From positions 21,080 to 85,079 of the forward strand of contig JAQGDQ010000878.1 of NCBI GenBank assembly GCA_030141605.1: a stretch of 64,000 nucleotides of DNA, given 5' to 3'. Source of the DNA: Tubiluchus corallicola (Eukaryota; Animalia; Priapulida). The notes under the pieces are model-generated. The model ran no database searches. It was given only the letters and a program-made list of their open reading frames with translations, and had not been told where the DNA came from. Below, piece after piece: positions 1-13,436 of this stretch. The stretch's first letter is position 1. The number at the start of each line of letters is the position of its first letter. Both the position numbers and the translations under genes were made by a program.

Positions 1-311
1 TTAAAGGTGCTGTTTACAATGATTGTGTAATTTCACTTGGTCTTGTATCAAGACACACCCTGATTGATTTAACGGCAATGAGGGTGTTATTAAATGACTG
101 AGCTTTTAAAGGTGCTGTTTACAATGATTGTGTAATTTCACTAGGTCTTGTATCAAAACACACCCTGATTGATTTAACAGCAATGAGGGTGTTATTAAAT
201 GACTGACCTTTTAAAGGTGCTGTTTACAATGATTGTGTAATTTCACTAGGTCTTGTATCAAAACACACCCTGATTGATTTAATGACAATGGGGGTGTTAT
301 TAAATGACTGA
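1..311. repeat. Tandem repeat, 105-bp unit, ~3 copies (may continue upstream of window)
   Basis: ttaaaggtgctgtttacaatgattg recurs at 1, 106 and 211. Confidence 0.95.
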
Positions 312-574
312 TCGGTTAAGGAAAAAGAGAAGCAAGTGAAGCAAGTATATGATCACAATCACGACATGCAACTTACCAGATTTACTGCACAAACATAAAT
401 GGTGTTACTTCTCTTAGTGGAACTGTGGATCTAAGAGGAAATTTGACAATCTCAAGTTGGCAATTTGGCGACAGTAGTGACCTCCTTAGTTGACAGACAG
501 ACATCTCTGCAGATGCTATCCTTAAACTGCTTACCAAAGATAAGTTATACATGGATATCTCTGTATTGGAAGAG

Positions 575-975
575 AAGCAAACCATTAAATAACAAGGCAC
601 CTGAGGCTGATGGTATTTCAGCAGTAGTCTTTAAACATTGAGGACCAGTCTTAGTCTACAAACTGTTAATGATTCTGGATTCCTGGTCAAAATCTGGAAA
701 AATGCCACAGTCATAACAAATTTCAAAAAAAGGATTAACTTTGGGAACTAATGCAGAATTTCTGTATTATAAATTATATAATAGATAATAAATATTAAAT
801 AATAATGATTAATAAATATTATATGCTGTAAAGATTCTTGCTAAGACATCACTGCACAAACTTCCCAGGCAGAAATAAAACAACCAGCAGGAGTGTAGGA
901 CCAGAAAGAAGTACCAGAGATACGATTTCAATTGACAGATCCAAGAAAAATGCTACACTTAGCCTTCATAGTTTT
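575..975 (+). mobile_element. Degraded RTE-like non-LTR retrotransposon RT fragment
   Basis: Broken frames give NNKAPEADGISAVVFK, NATVITNFKK, KILAK and RPERSTRDTI..QIQEKC, resembling the N-terminal RT motifs of RTE elements; stops and frameshifts present. Confidence 0.55.
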
Positions 976-1029
976 CTGATTCAGTAGAAAAGGGAACCAC
1001 ATTGGATAATCATGGAGAAGGTGGAATTT

Positions 1030-1550
1030 ATAACAATCGTAAACTCCTTCATCACAACATGGAAACTACCATAGCATATTCCAGATTAAGCAATCTAAAA
1101 CAAATTAGGACAAATACCCACTACGGAACGAACTCTGTAATCAAGCAAGCAATTCTACTTTGGAATTCTCTACCATTACAGATTAAACAAATCAAGTCCC
1201 TATCAGCATTTAAAACAAAATTAAAATCACTAATATCAACCAGATATGAAATACCATCACACCAGTATGACAACATACACACTCATTCAGAATTCATATA
1301 TCCACGGCCATATTAATTAGATCATAATTTTTTCATTTTTTGTGCATAGTTGTAAATATGTTTGATTTTATTCGTCATTACTTTCCTTTACTGCACAGTA
1401 GTTTAGATTGCACAGACGCATTTGCCTTTAGCAGTGTAAGTTTTTATTAACTAACACTGATTGATCATCTCTATAAAGTTTTATCAGTGATTAGCAATGT
1501 ATTTTAATGGCAAATAGAGATTATTATATATATATATATATATTTATATA
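1030..1550 (+). mobile_element. 3' end of a LINE (CR1/L2-like ORF2 C-terminus + 3'UTR)
   Basis: ORF tail LLWNSLPLQIKQIKSLSAFKTKLK is typical of LINE ORF2 ends; a (TA)n tail follows; an inverted second copy lies at 16975-17256. Confidence 0.7.
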
Positions 1551-2201
1551 TACCTGACTGCTGCAATTGCATTTTTACCCAAACAAAGTGTCAGTAAATG
1601 CTTTTACCTAAAGATATTGCTAACATGGAGAAAGTGCATTAGCATTTACAGAACATTTCAATAGCAAATGTCATCTAGGTGAAAGACCCAGTTATAACAT
1701 GACGAACATATATAATGATATATTGTTTAATAACGATGCACAATACATTATTGTCAGTTAATGGTAGCATATTGACAATTTTGTCAATTGTAACTGCAGT
1801 AAGAACTGCGATAAACTGACTACATTATCGTCACGTTCAATAGGCAACGTTATAAACCTTTCAGTCTCTTAGTAACTGCCTGCTAATATTAATAACTTTA
1901 ATTCTACTCTAGATGACGACTGATGATAATTTGCAAAGTATCCTTGTATGCATATATACATAAAGAGCAGCATTTGTTACTTCAATGAATGAGTATTCAT
2001 TATTGACCATACGGCATCTCTGTTCACTGCAAGACTTAATGCAGAAGCAAACTGGAATTCATGAAGATGAACTACCATTTCTGTTTCGTCAACAAATATC
2101 AGTCGAGAGTGTGCGTGGCAGTGTATTGTTTCTGTTGCTAAACCTAAAGACGACCCTCTTTTAAAAGTCAATGTGCAAGATAAAGACTTAGTTAAACCAA
2201 A

Positions 2202-2406
2202 ATGAACATTTATGCTCTGCAATTGATGACAATTGTATTAGCGTGCAGATTTAGTGTATATTTGCTGTGCGACGGAACTACCTGCCACGAATATGATTAT
2301 ATAAGGGCATGTTATTGTGATGCTGCTTGTTTTACCAACGGTGATTGCTGCACTAATGTGTGTGATGAATGTGGCGTTTATTTCCCAACTCAGTGCACAG
2401 GAACTG
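2202..2406 (+). CDS. Secreted SMB/EGF protein A, exon 1: signal peptide + somatomedin-B-like Cys-rich domain
   Basis: ATG, hydrophobic N-terminus, CYCDAACFTNGDCC motif; phase-1 donor G|gtacgt at 2407. Confidence 0.7.
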
Positions 2407-3059
2407 GTACGTTTTGCCTGTAATTCAGAAAACAGGTTTCTACATGTTCATAAACTTGACTGGTTTACAACAGCTGTGCTATGCACCCGCATTTCACAAA
2501 TGAATGAAATGAAAAGAATTTGACCAATTCTGTTTTTATAGCTATTTTATATAAACAACAAGAAAGAACTGTGAAACAAAGGATAACGAAGTAAATTGTT
2601 TCTTTAAAAAAACATTTTTATTTTTCTCACGGTACTGCTCACCAACTGTCATGGAAAACACAATCAAATTTAATCAGTTAAGCCTATGATACACCAAAGC
2701 ATCCAGGGTCAAGCATTCAATGGGTAATAAGTTAAAACCAAAGCATCTGGCATCCAGTTCTATGTTCTTCATAGAAAAACAAAATCAATGATATCAATGG
2801 TTTCTTCGTAACTTATTTATTCGCAGGCCCAGTCATGATTGGCAGGTTGAAAAACAGACAACAGCCACCAGATACTAAAAAAATAGGAAGAGCTTCCAAC
2901 GTCTGACTTCTCTGCTGTAGAAATCTTTGATTTCGTCATCCGCTCATCATCCATCATCAAACGTCAGATGCTGGACACTTTGTTATATTACGGGCTGAGT
3001 ACTTGCAAAACTGATAAATCTGATGACAAATTTAATGATTGTTTTATATGCTTCTATAG

Positions 3060-3182
3060 ATGTGGACGAGTGTCAGCTTGGTACAGATGATTGTCACGCA
3101 GACGCAAACTGCATAAATAATGACGGCAGCTTTACATGCGCTTGTAAACTTGGCTATTTTGGAAACGGCGTGGTCTGTACAG
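3060..3182 (+). CDS. Calcium-binding EGF exon (protein A exon 2)
   Basis: tag|ATGTGGACGAG...ACAG|gtaagc; 123 nt, phase 1-1; [41 protein letters not shown]. Confidence 0.85.
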
Positions 3183-3742
3183 GTAAGCTAATATATGCAA
3201 GCACATAGCTTTAGGATTAGCATCCATACTGTACAAGATAATTTCATTAATAAAAGTTAATTGTTAAGAATAGCCAACTATTTATCCCACCACTGTGGAA
3301 ACAATAACGTCACATCTTGCCTATGCATTGTGATACATGGTGGTAGGTTAGAAAATAGTTGCATTTTGAGGATACTTCTGTTGTGCTTTGAAGGAAAACT
3401 GGGTCCAATCTTAAACTATAGGTCAAAACAATCTACTCTAAAAATATACTGAAAAGGAACATACTGTTTTTTCAAGAATGACTTACATGAAACAATTATT
3501 ACCACACAATTTTGCATTCGTGCGGCTAGTTCTTTAATGTTACATCCATGTCACCACTTGCTAGTTAGACGGGCACTAGCACCTACACCTCAGAAACACA
3601 CTGTACAAAAAACAGGTGCTGTACCTCTCAGTTCATAGGTGTTTGGTTATGACCTAGACCGAGTGCTCTAAACAAGTAATTACTTCTTGAGTACCCCACG
3701 GGTCATTTGCGGCTTGGCATCTTGTGTACATAATAATAAATA

Positions 3743-4235
3743 CAGTGGACTCTCGTTACAAGAATCACACGTATAAGAATCAGCTCGATATAAGAATCAA
3801 AATCGCGTTTCCCGAATTGAATCAGCATTTTCCTAGTGAAAATCCGCCCGTATAAGAATCACCCTTCTTTCGATAGTAGAATCAATTTTGGCGCCAACTC
3901 CATTGTCTCTCACGCCCTGCTTACAAGGTTCTGCGCAGTTGGCGTGGCGGAAAAAAATTATGTGCATTAAAAAAATTTTAAGGCAATTCTGGCATCATGA
4001 AATATTTACCCAACCATGAAATGAAAACATTAGTCTAGTAATTTTTAGGTCCTTTTTAGGCCAGAAAAACATTATGCTGTTTCATGTCGTTTCTAGCGTA
4101 ATTTCGGGAAATAAATAATTTTTATGTGCATAAAAATTTTTAAAGCAATTCTGTGTCATGCTCGTTATAAGAATCGCTTGTTATAAGAATCACTTTGCCT
4201 TCTCCCGAGGTGATTCTTATAACGAGAGTCCACTG
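3743..4235. mobile_element. pogo/Tigger-like (Tc1/mariner) MITE
   Basis: TIRs CAGTGGACTCTCGTTACAAGAATCAC / GTGATTCTTATAACGAGAGTCCACTG, TA on both sides. Confidence 0.85.
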
Positions 4236-5525
4236 TATGTTATTAAATACTTTTATGTACAATGCTGTAATGATCGTTGTGGATATATTTAATAAATAAA
4301 TAATAAAACAATAATAAAAAAAAAATAGTGCACGCATTCGAGAGCTCATGCAAAAGCACAGGGACAAACTTGAAATTTAAATTTTAAACTCAAATTCGTC
4401 GAACTTTCGTGAATCACACTGAATCTTGTATAGTACCACTGTACTTCAATTTTCGCTTTCGAAAACGTGTAACACGCCCACAGAAAATTTGTGCTGTTGA
4501 AAGTTGTTGAGTTGTAACGCCATCAATAGCTGAGCTCACTTGTCATTTTTACTCTATTATTTAATTATCAGAAATGCTTTGGCAATATTACAGATAATAA
4601 AATGTATATTTTTTATCGGACTTTACAATCGGGGAGCATATGAAAAATCATCCCGTTTTCCTTTAAGTTGTCTCATTCACACACTATAAGTTTTGCAATT
4701 ACATCAACAGACTTTTGTATTTTCAGACACATTTTCCTTTGTATTTCAAGTCAAGGTAACGAAATTAATTTTTGATGTAACCTGTTTCAGTTAACAGTAA
4801 GTTGATATGTGCATTGATTGTGAAACAGCTGCTATAACATCAGCTTTTCCTTTGTAATACAATTAACAATTCCAAGGAGCCAAAGTTCAACACAAACAAT
4901 AGGTAGCCATGTAGCCAATAGGTAGCCATGTACCCAAAATGCAATGCAATTTTAATTACACTAACAATAGCAAAATTAATTATTGAGAAGTAGCAAGAAT
5001 GACATAAGCTACCCATAATGCAATGCGAATTCGTGAAATATTTGCGAAATTAACCACAGGGTATAAATGATGTAAATGCAGTAATAGCTAACACAATATG
5101 AACACGCAAAACCTTTCAGTTGCCTATAGTGTCAGCATAGCAAGACCATCTCAAACAAATAATGACATTAAAATATGTATTAAGCGGTAACTGGAAATAA
5201 CTAGTGTAAATTAGTTGCCGGTAATTCGGTGCTTTTCTGCAGCACGGAAGAAACTGGTGTGCAAAAGTTGTTATCGCAAACACATTGTGTTGGTTGCAGA
5301 TAATCACGTAGTGCAACACGTTTGCTTTAATAAGTGAAAAATATCTTTGACTATTGTATGAGTTAAGTATTGAATGGAGACAGTGAACACAGGACAAACT
5401 TGCGCAGGAACAATCAGAATTTTTCTTCATTCGCAAAATACTTGTACTAAAATAGCAACAGTCTAAATTCCACATCTATGCTTCAGCATTAGTTGTCCAC
5501 ACTTGAAAATCTGGAATAACTGAGG

Positions 5526-8500
5526 ATGAGCGTGTGTAATTTGTCTCTGATAATTTTGGTACTGGTTGTTAAACTCGATGCCTCAGAACTGTTGTGCGAG
5601 GAAACGACATGTCTTGGTCCAGCAAACACTACTGCTAATGAACATTACGAAACTACGTGTTATTGCGATGAAGCGTGTTTTAGCTTAGGCGACTGCTGCA
5701 GCAATATATGTGATGCATGTGGCATTTACTTTCCAGCCAATTGCACTGTACTAGACAATAGCACAGGCACTGGTAGGTACTGTTTTTATTCACATCCCCA
5801 GGGCAAAGGCAAAAAAATGCAGTAAACACAAAAGACAAAAATGAAAGACAAACATATTTGTAAGAAAAACAATAGACAAAACAGACAGCCGTAATCTTGA
5901 AATACTTCCAGTAATTTACAATGACAAAATAAATAATAATTATTTCTCTGTTTTGGCAGATATAAATGAGTGTGATACTAACACAGATAGCTGCCATGCA
6001 GATGCCACATGTACGAACACAGTAAGCAGCTTTACATGTGCATGCAATACTGGATACGAGGGAACAGGTGTAACTTGCACAGGTATTTTAATTGTTTATT
6101 CTTACATATCCGTCTGGTGTCCTTACAAAAAATATGATAGAAAATATGTATATATCTGAAGGGCGACCAGCTGAGCATAATGATGTCGCAGTTTGCTGAG
6201 CTTCATGTCTGCAAAGCATGTTGCTGCACTAAATTACTTCCCGTAATTTACAATGACAAAATAAACAATATTTCTCTGTTTTGCCAGATATAAATGAGTG
6301 TGATACTAACACAGATAGCTGCCATGCAGATGCCACATGTACGAACACAGTAAGCAGCTTTACATGTGCATGCAATACTGGATACGAGGGAACAGGTGTA
6401 ATTTGCACAGGTATTTTAATTGTGTTTATTTTTACATATTCATCTAGCGTCCTTACAAAAAATATGATAGAAAATATGTATATATCTGAAAGGCAACCAG
6501 CTGAGCATAATGATGTCGCAGTTTGCTGAGCTTCATATCTGCAAAGCATGTTGCTGCATTGAATTCCTTCTAGTAATTTACAATGACAAAATAAACAATA
6601 TTTCTCTGTTTTGGCAGATATAAATGAGTGTGATACAAACACAGATAGCTGCCATGCAGATGCCACATGTACGAACACAGTAAGCAGCTTTACATGTGAA
6701 TGCAATACTGGATACGAGGGAACAGGTGTAATTTGCACAGGTATTTTAATTGTGTTTATTTTTACATATTCATCTAGCGTCCTTACAAAAAATATGATAG
6801 AAAATATGTATATATCTGAAAGGCAACCAGCTGAGCATAATGATGTCGCAGTTTGCTGAGCTTCATATCTGCAAAGCATGTTGCTGCATTGAATTCCTTC
6901 TAGTAATTTACAATGACAAAATAAATAATAATTATTTCTCTGTTTTGCCAGATATAAATGAGTGTGATACTAACACAGATAGTTGCCATGCAGATGCCAC
7001 ATGTACGAACACAGTAAGCAGCTTTACATGTGCATGCAATACTGGATACGAGGGAACAGGTGTAACTTGCACAGGTATCTTAATTGTTTATTCTTACATA
7101 TCCGTCTGGTGTCCTTACAAAAAATATGATAGAAAGTATGTATATATCTGAAGGGCGACCAGCTGAGCATAATGATGTTACAGTTTGCTGAGCTTCATAT
7201 CTGCAAAGCATGTTGCTGCACTAAATTACTTCCCGTAATTTACAAGAACAAAATTAATCATTATTATTTCTCTGTTTTGCCAGATATAAATGAGTGTGAT
7301 ACTAACACAGATAGTTGCCATGCAGATGCCACATGTACGAACACAGTAAGCAGCTTTACATGTGCATGCAATACTGGATACGAGGGAACAGGTGTAATTT
7401 GCACAGGTATTTTAATTGTGTTTATTTTTACATATTCATCTAGCGTCCTTACAAAAAATATGATAGAAAATATGTATATATCTGAAAGGCAACCAGCTGA
7501 GCATAATGATGTTACAGTTTGCTGAGCATCATGTCTGCAAAGCATGTTGCTGCATTGCATTCCTTCTAGTAATTTACAATGACAAAATAAATAATATTTC
7601 TCTGTTTTGCCAGATATAAATGAGTGTGATACTAACACAGATAGCTGCCATGCAGATGCCACATGTACGAACACAGTAAGCAGCTTTACATGTGAATGCA
7701 ATACTGGATACGAGGGAACAGGTGTAACTTGCACAGGTATTTTAATTGTTTATTTTTACATATCCGTCTGGTGTCCTTACAAAAAATATGATAGAAAATA
7801 TGTATATATCTGAAAGGCAACCAGCTGAGCATAATGATGTCGCAGTTTGCTGAGCTTCATATCTGCAAAGCATGTTGCTGCATTGAATTCCTTCTAGTAA
7901 TTTACAATGACAAAATAAATAATAATTATTTCTCTGTTTTGCCAGATATAAATGAGTGTGATACTAACACAGATAGCTGCCATGCAGATGCCACATGTAC
8001 GAACACAGTAAGCAGCTTTACATGTGAATGCAATACTGGATACGAGGGAACAGGTGTAACTTGCACAGGTATCTTAATTGTTTATTCTTACATATCCGTC
8101 TGGTGTCCTTACAAAAAATATGATAGAAAGTATGTATATATCTGAAGGGCGACCAGCTGAGCATAATGATGTTACAGTTTGCTGAGCTTCATATCGGCAA
8201 AGCATGTTGCTGCATTGAATTCCTTCTAGTAATTTACAATGACAAAATAAACAATATTTCTCTGTTTTGCCAGATATAAATGAGTGTGATACTAACACAG
8301 ATAGTTGCCATGCAGATGCCACATGTACGAACACAGTAAGCAGCTTTACATGTGCATGCAATACTGGATACGAGGGAACAGGTGTAATTTGCACAGGTAT
8401 TTTAATTGTGTTTATTTTTACATATTCATCTAGCGTCCTTACAAAAAATATGATAGAAAATATGTATATATCTGAAAGGCAACCAGCTGAGCATAATGAT

Positions 8501-11500
8501 GTTGCAGTTTGCTGAGCTTCATATCTGCAAAGCATGTTGCTGCATTGAATTCCTTCTAGTAATTTACAATGACAAAATAAATAATAATTATTTCTCTGTT
8601 TTGCCAGATATAAATGAGTGTGATACTAACACAGATAGCTGCCATGCAGATGCCACATGTACGAACACAGTAAGCAGCTTTACATGTGAATGCAATACTG
8701 GATACGAGGGAACAGGTGTAACTTGCACAGGTATTTTAATTGTTTATTCTTACATATTCATCTAGCGTCCTTACAAAAAATATGATAGAAAGTATGTATA
8801 TATCTGAAAGGCAACCAGCTGAGCATAATGATGTCACAGTTTGCTGTGCTTCATATCTGCAAAGCATGTTGCTGCATTGAATTCCTTCTAGTAATTTACA
8901 ATGACAAAATAAACAATATTTCTCTGTTTTGCCAGATATAAATGAGTGTGATACTAACACAGATAGTTGCCATGCAGATGCCACATGTACGAACACAGTA
9001 AGCAGCTTTACATGTGCATGCAATACTGGATACGAGGGAACAGGTGTAACTTGCACAGGTATTTTAATTGTTTATTTTTACATATTCATCTAGCGTCCTT
9101 ACAAAAAATATGATAGAAAATATGTATATATCTGAAGGGCAACCAGCTGAGCATAATGATGTTACAGTTTGCTGAGCTTCATGTCTGCAAAGCATGTTGC
9201 TGCATTGAATTCCTTCTAGTAATTTACAATGACAAAATAAATAATATTTCTCTGTTTTGCCAGATATAAATGAGTGTGATACTAACACAGATAGTTGCCA
9301 TGCAGATGCCACATGTACGAACACAGTAAGCAGCTTTACATGTGCATGCAATACTGGATACGAGGGAACAGGTGTAATTTGCACAGGTATTTTAATTGTG
9401 TTTATTTTTACATATTCATCTAGCGTCCTTACAAAAAATATGATAGAAAATATGTATATATCTGAAAGGCAACCAGCTGAGCATAATGATGTCGCAGTTT
9501 GCTGAGCTTCATATCTGCAAAGCATGTTGCTGCATTGAATTATTTCCAGTAATTTACAATGACAAAATTAATCATTATTATTTCTTTGTTTTGTCAGATA
9601 TAAATGAGTGTGTTACTAACACAGATAGTTGCCACGCAGATGCCACATGTACGAATAAAGTAAGCAGCTTTACATGTGCATGCAATACTGGATATGAGGG
9701 AACAGGTGTAACTTGCACAGGTATTTTAATTGTTTACTTTTACATATCCGTCTAGTGTCCTTACAGGTGTTTTTTAAACTAAAAAATCAAATTAAGCAAA
9801 ATGTAACATTTTCCCCTCATCCTGCTTTCAGGGCTGTTATTTAGGAAGTATTTCTCTTACTCACGCAAATGACACACTTCAGTTATGATTCTGATTATAA
9901 TAAATGAGTCAGCAGAAGCAAGCAGAAGCTCTCAAACAGGCACACCAATGTGGAGTTTAACTAAAACTAAGAACAAAAAAATGACGTATCTTGTAGTTCG
10001 TGTTCAGCTTAGATGCATCTGCAAGTACGTGTGGTATTATAGGGTATTTTGGGTCTACCACATGCAGTCTTCAATGTATTTTATTTTTAAAAATTTAAAA
10101 TCTTTGCAGCCTTTTGTGTCATGAGTTGTAGTTGATAAAAACAAAAAGTCTTTTCTTTAAATAATCATGATAATACTATATTAGAATGAAATTCTAAAAC
10201 TGCATAAAAACTGCTGCATAGCCCTTCAACATAAAGGTACTTGCACATGAAAAAGTGATCACAGCGAGTTTCAGTCTGAATGTAAAAGGTATGTTCTATA
10301 GAAAAATTACATACAGATGCCAGCACGGAATTATGCCTCCAGTGTTAATAATTTGAAATTCAACAATTATATTTTAGACATAGATGAATGTGGCAACGAA
10401 GTAGATAACTGCCACAGTGACGCCACCTGTACAAACATCTTCGGCAGCTTCACCTGTGAGTGCAACCTTGGTTATGCGGGAGAGGGTGTAATTTGTTCAG
10501 GTAATACTGCCTAGTAAAGTTTTTCTGTGTTGAGATTCAACATTTCAAAAATATATCTGTCATCTGGGAACATTCCACTGATTGTCTCATCTCTGATCAA
10601 TTAGCAGCCACATTAATGAAACACCAATTAGCAGCCACACTAATGTTTTTGCCTAAGCAAACCCCATTTCGAATCCCATTGTCATTTTTATTTTGTTATT
10701 GTTACTGTTGTTGGTGCTGTCATTGTTGCTGATAATGTTGCACCATATACACCATTGTTCTTGAGCTTGGATTAGGTATGTCACTTGCAGATTCAATGGA
10801 ATAAGTAAAACAAGGACAAGCTCTCGCGAACAGCTAACCTAATAGCGGTCAAGTCAGCCTTCATTAACCCTTTCATACCCGTTGTATCCCGTGGGATACG
10901 AGAATATTTTCTGCCTTTAAAATTAATAAAATTTTAAAACTGACAGTTATTTGATCTGTTAATAATTATTTTGATTTAAGCCAATAACAATAGACTAAAA
11001 CTGGTGATAAAATGGCAAACTAGAAAATCTACATAGCATAAAAAACTGCGCAAGGTACAGTACTTTAGAGATGACTTTGTACAGATCAGCATAGCGTGCA
11101 TACTAAATGTCTTAAATACTTTAAAAAATTATCAGCAGTTGCAAAATGAAGCACATTTTTTGCTTTTGTTGTGTTTTTAAAAAGTCGGACTTTGTTTTTT
11201 TGCACATGACAAAGAATGTTGCGTATCCCACAGGATACATTGGGAACAAAAGTACCAAGCCAAAAAATTGTTTCTTATTAAAAAAATAATTTGGGAGTGA
11301 ACGGGTTAAGAAAGACTGACTATTGAGATTGGTTACATTACAGGACCAGTATTACTACTTGTGCAGATATCTCTGTGCTGGTAGAAAAACGTACCATCGT
11401 AGAATATTTGGGCCGATGTAGTCACAGAAGTAAAGTTTCTAAATAAAAAAACGAGAATTGCTAGTATACGAACTATTCCATGCTGTATTAATTTCTAATT

Positions 11501-12469
11501 GCGTAGATGAATTTACGTTTCTTCAAATGGAATAACAAGAACGTCTGTGTGTGGCCAGACATAATTAAAATATCTCGTACATTTTTTGCAAGAAAATGCT
11601 TCTGCGCATAGAGTCGATGCTTAAGCATAGACATTTGTTAGTGTTTAATTAAAAAAAGATTAAAATTTTCACTGTTTTGTCATCACAAGTGGATGTTTCA
11701 GATTTGCATGACAGATGAACAAAAACTGCCAGTTCCAGTATTCAACAGTATTCAACCAGTTTCAATGACACAACAAACAGCCAATGAAATTAAATTTAAC
11801 AAGAAACCGACGTACAAAATTTTCACTCATTTTTCCAGATGTAGACGAATGTGGTACAAATATGGATAACTGTGCAGAACTAACAGCAACATGTGATAAC
11901 TTTCCTGGAAGTTTCAGCTGTACTTGCATACAGCATTACTACGGAGACGGCATAGTGTGCGAACGTAAGTATTTTTGTTGCAAATAGCCGCAGTTTTTTC
12001 AACGGTAATCTTCCACGCGGATGTTCCACAAACCAGGTCCAAGGGTTAGTTTTGCATATGAATTGGCTGCTTCCTCAAGTACGCATCAGGAAAGGTATTA
12101 AATTAACAAACTCGGCCTGAGTAAAATTAAAAACATCTTTTCTAGGAAACAAATTTTGCCAGGAGCTAAGAATTTGAACAGCTTTTCCAATGTATTTGAA
12201 CCACCTATCCTCAGAGCCGCAGCATACACGAGAACGTAACTTATTATACTCACAAACTGCATTTGTGAGTACTTGAATGAGGAAGAAAAATTATAAACAA
12301 ACTTGGTCGTTACAGAGAAAAACAAAAACCCTTAAATTAAATTTTTATATACGAAAATTGAAAAATATACAATAAATCATGCTGCAGCAGCCTCCCGTAT
12401 CAAAACTTTTCTCAATGTCCAGAATTTCACCGTAAAGCACAGGTCCCAACTCATGCCTTCTGCAAGTAG
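5526..12469 (+). CDS. Secreted SMB/EGF protein B. Exon 5526-5772 (signal peptide + SMB-like); 12 cbEGF exons of 123 nt starting 5960, 6288, 6618, 6952, 7284, 7614, 7946, 8274, 8608, 8936, 9264, 9598; cbEGF exons 10378-10500 and 11839-11964; tentative last exon 12423-12469
   Basis: All junctions GT-AG and phase 1; DINEC..[29 protein letters not shown]; last exon [15 protein letters not shown] is uncertain (AATAAA near 12853). Confidence 0.75.
5895..9765 (+). repeat. Tandem array of ~328-334-bp exon+intron units, 12 copies
   Basis: Exons and intervening introns are near-identical between copies. Confidence 0.95.
10868..11305. mobile_element. piggyBac-like MITE
   Basis: TTAA|CCCTTTCA ... TGAACGGG|TTAA; subterminal GTATCCC..GGATAC palindromes at both ends. 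Confidence 0.7.
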
Positions 12470-12804
12470 ACTTAAAAGGTGCGGTAATACATCTTCAGCT
12501 GCATGTTTCAGGACAACTGCTTAAAACATTTGAGGTCGTCGGACCAAAACTCAATGGACAAACAGGCATAATGGATACCATAATCCGAAGAAGCAAGATA
12601 AACTGTCAAGCTGACTGCAGCCGAGATTCACAATGTCAAGCGTTTAGTTTCAATTCAGAAACATTAGAATGTGAGATATACTCAGGTACCAGATCAGGCG
12701 GAGACATTGATTCTCCGTTAACTGATTGGCAATATTACGAGCTAAAATAGGAGGTTGTAGAGCATAATTATCTTTATATAAGAAGTGATAAAGCGTATTG
12801 TGAT

Positions 12805-13436
12805 AATAATGCATTGTGAATGAATTTAAGATTTAAAGTTAATATATAGTTTAATAAAGAGCTCTATATTCAATAACCAGTGTGCCTTTATCTACTGTTA
12901 TAGAAGCATTGTTGCTGTTTTAAAAAAAATTATTTTAGTTGATATTACATGGGTGCCTTAATTTTATTAAACTGTACTACCTTGAAAAGCTCACAAAATA
13001 GTCAATATTTTTTTTTCATTTTTTAGTATGAAAGGAAAGTATGTATGCTTACTGGCTGTAGCTTGTTTGGTTATCTGATCATCTGCTAGTTGGTTTATTA
13101 TGTCCTGGTTGCTTTCTTGTTTCTTTGTATAACGATGCATTGTGAATGAATTCAAGATTTAAAGTTTATATTTAGTTTAATAAAGAGCTCTATCTTGAAT
13201 AACCAGTTTGCATTGATCTACTATTATAGAAGTATTGTTGCAGTTTTAAAAAAATTATTTTAGTTGATATTACATGGGTGCCTTAATTTTATTATACTGT
13301 ACTACCTTGAAAAGCTCACAAAATAGTCAATATTTTTTTTTTCATTTTTTTACTATGAAAGGAAAGTATGTATGGTTACTGGCTGTAGTTTGCTTGGTTA
13401 TTTGATCGTCTGCTAGTTGGTTTATTATGTCCTGGG
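12805..13436. repeat. Tandem duplication of ~327 bp, each copy carrying an AATAAA
   Basis: atgcattgtgaatgaatt ... tttattatgtcctgg occurs twice. Confidence 0.9.

Noticed and set aside
6229-9525. Minus-strand ORFs in the EGF array
   Set aside because: Antisense shadows of the repeated EGF exon/intron unit.
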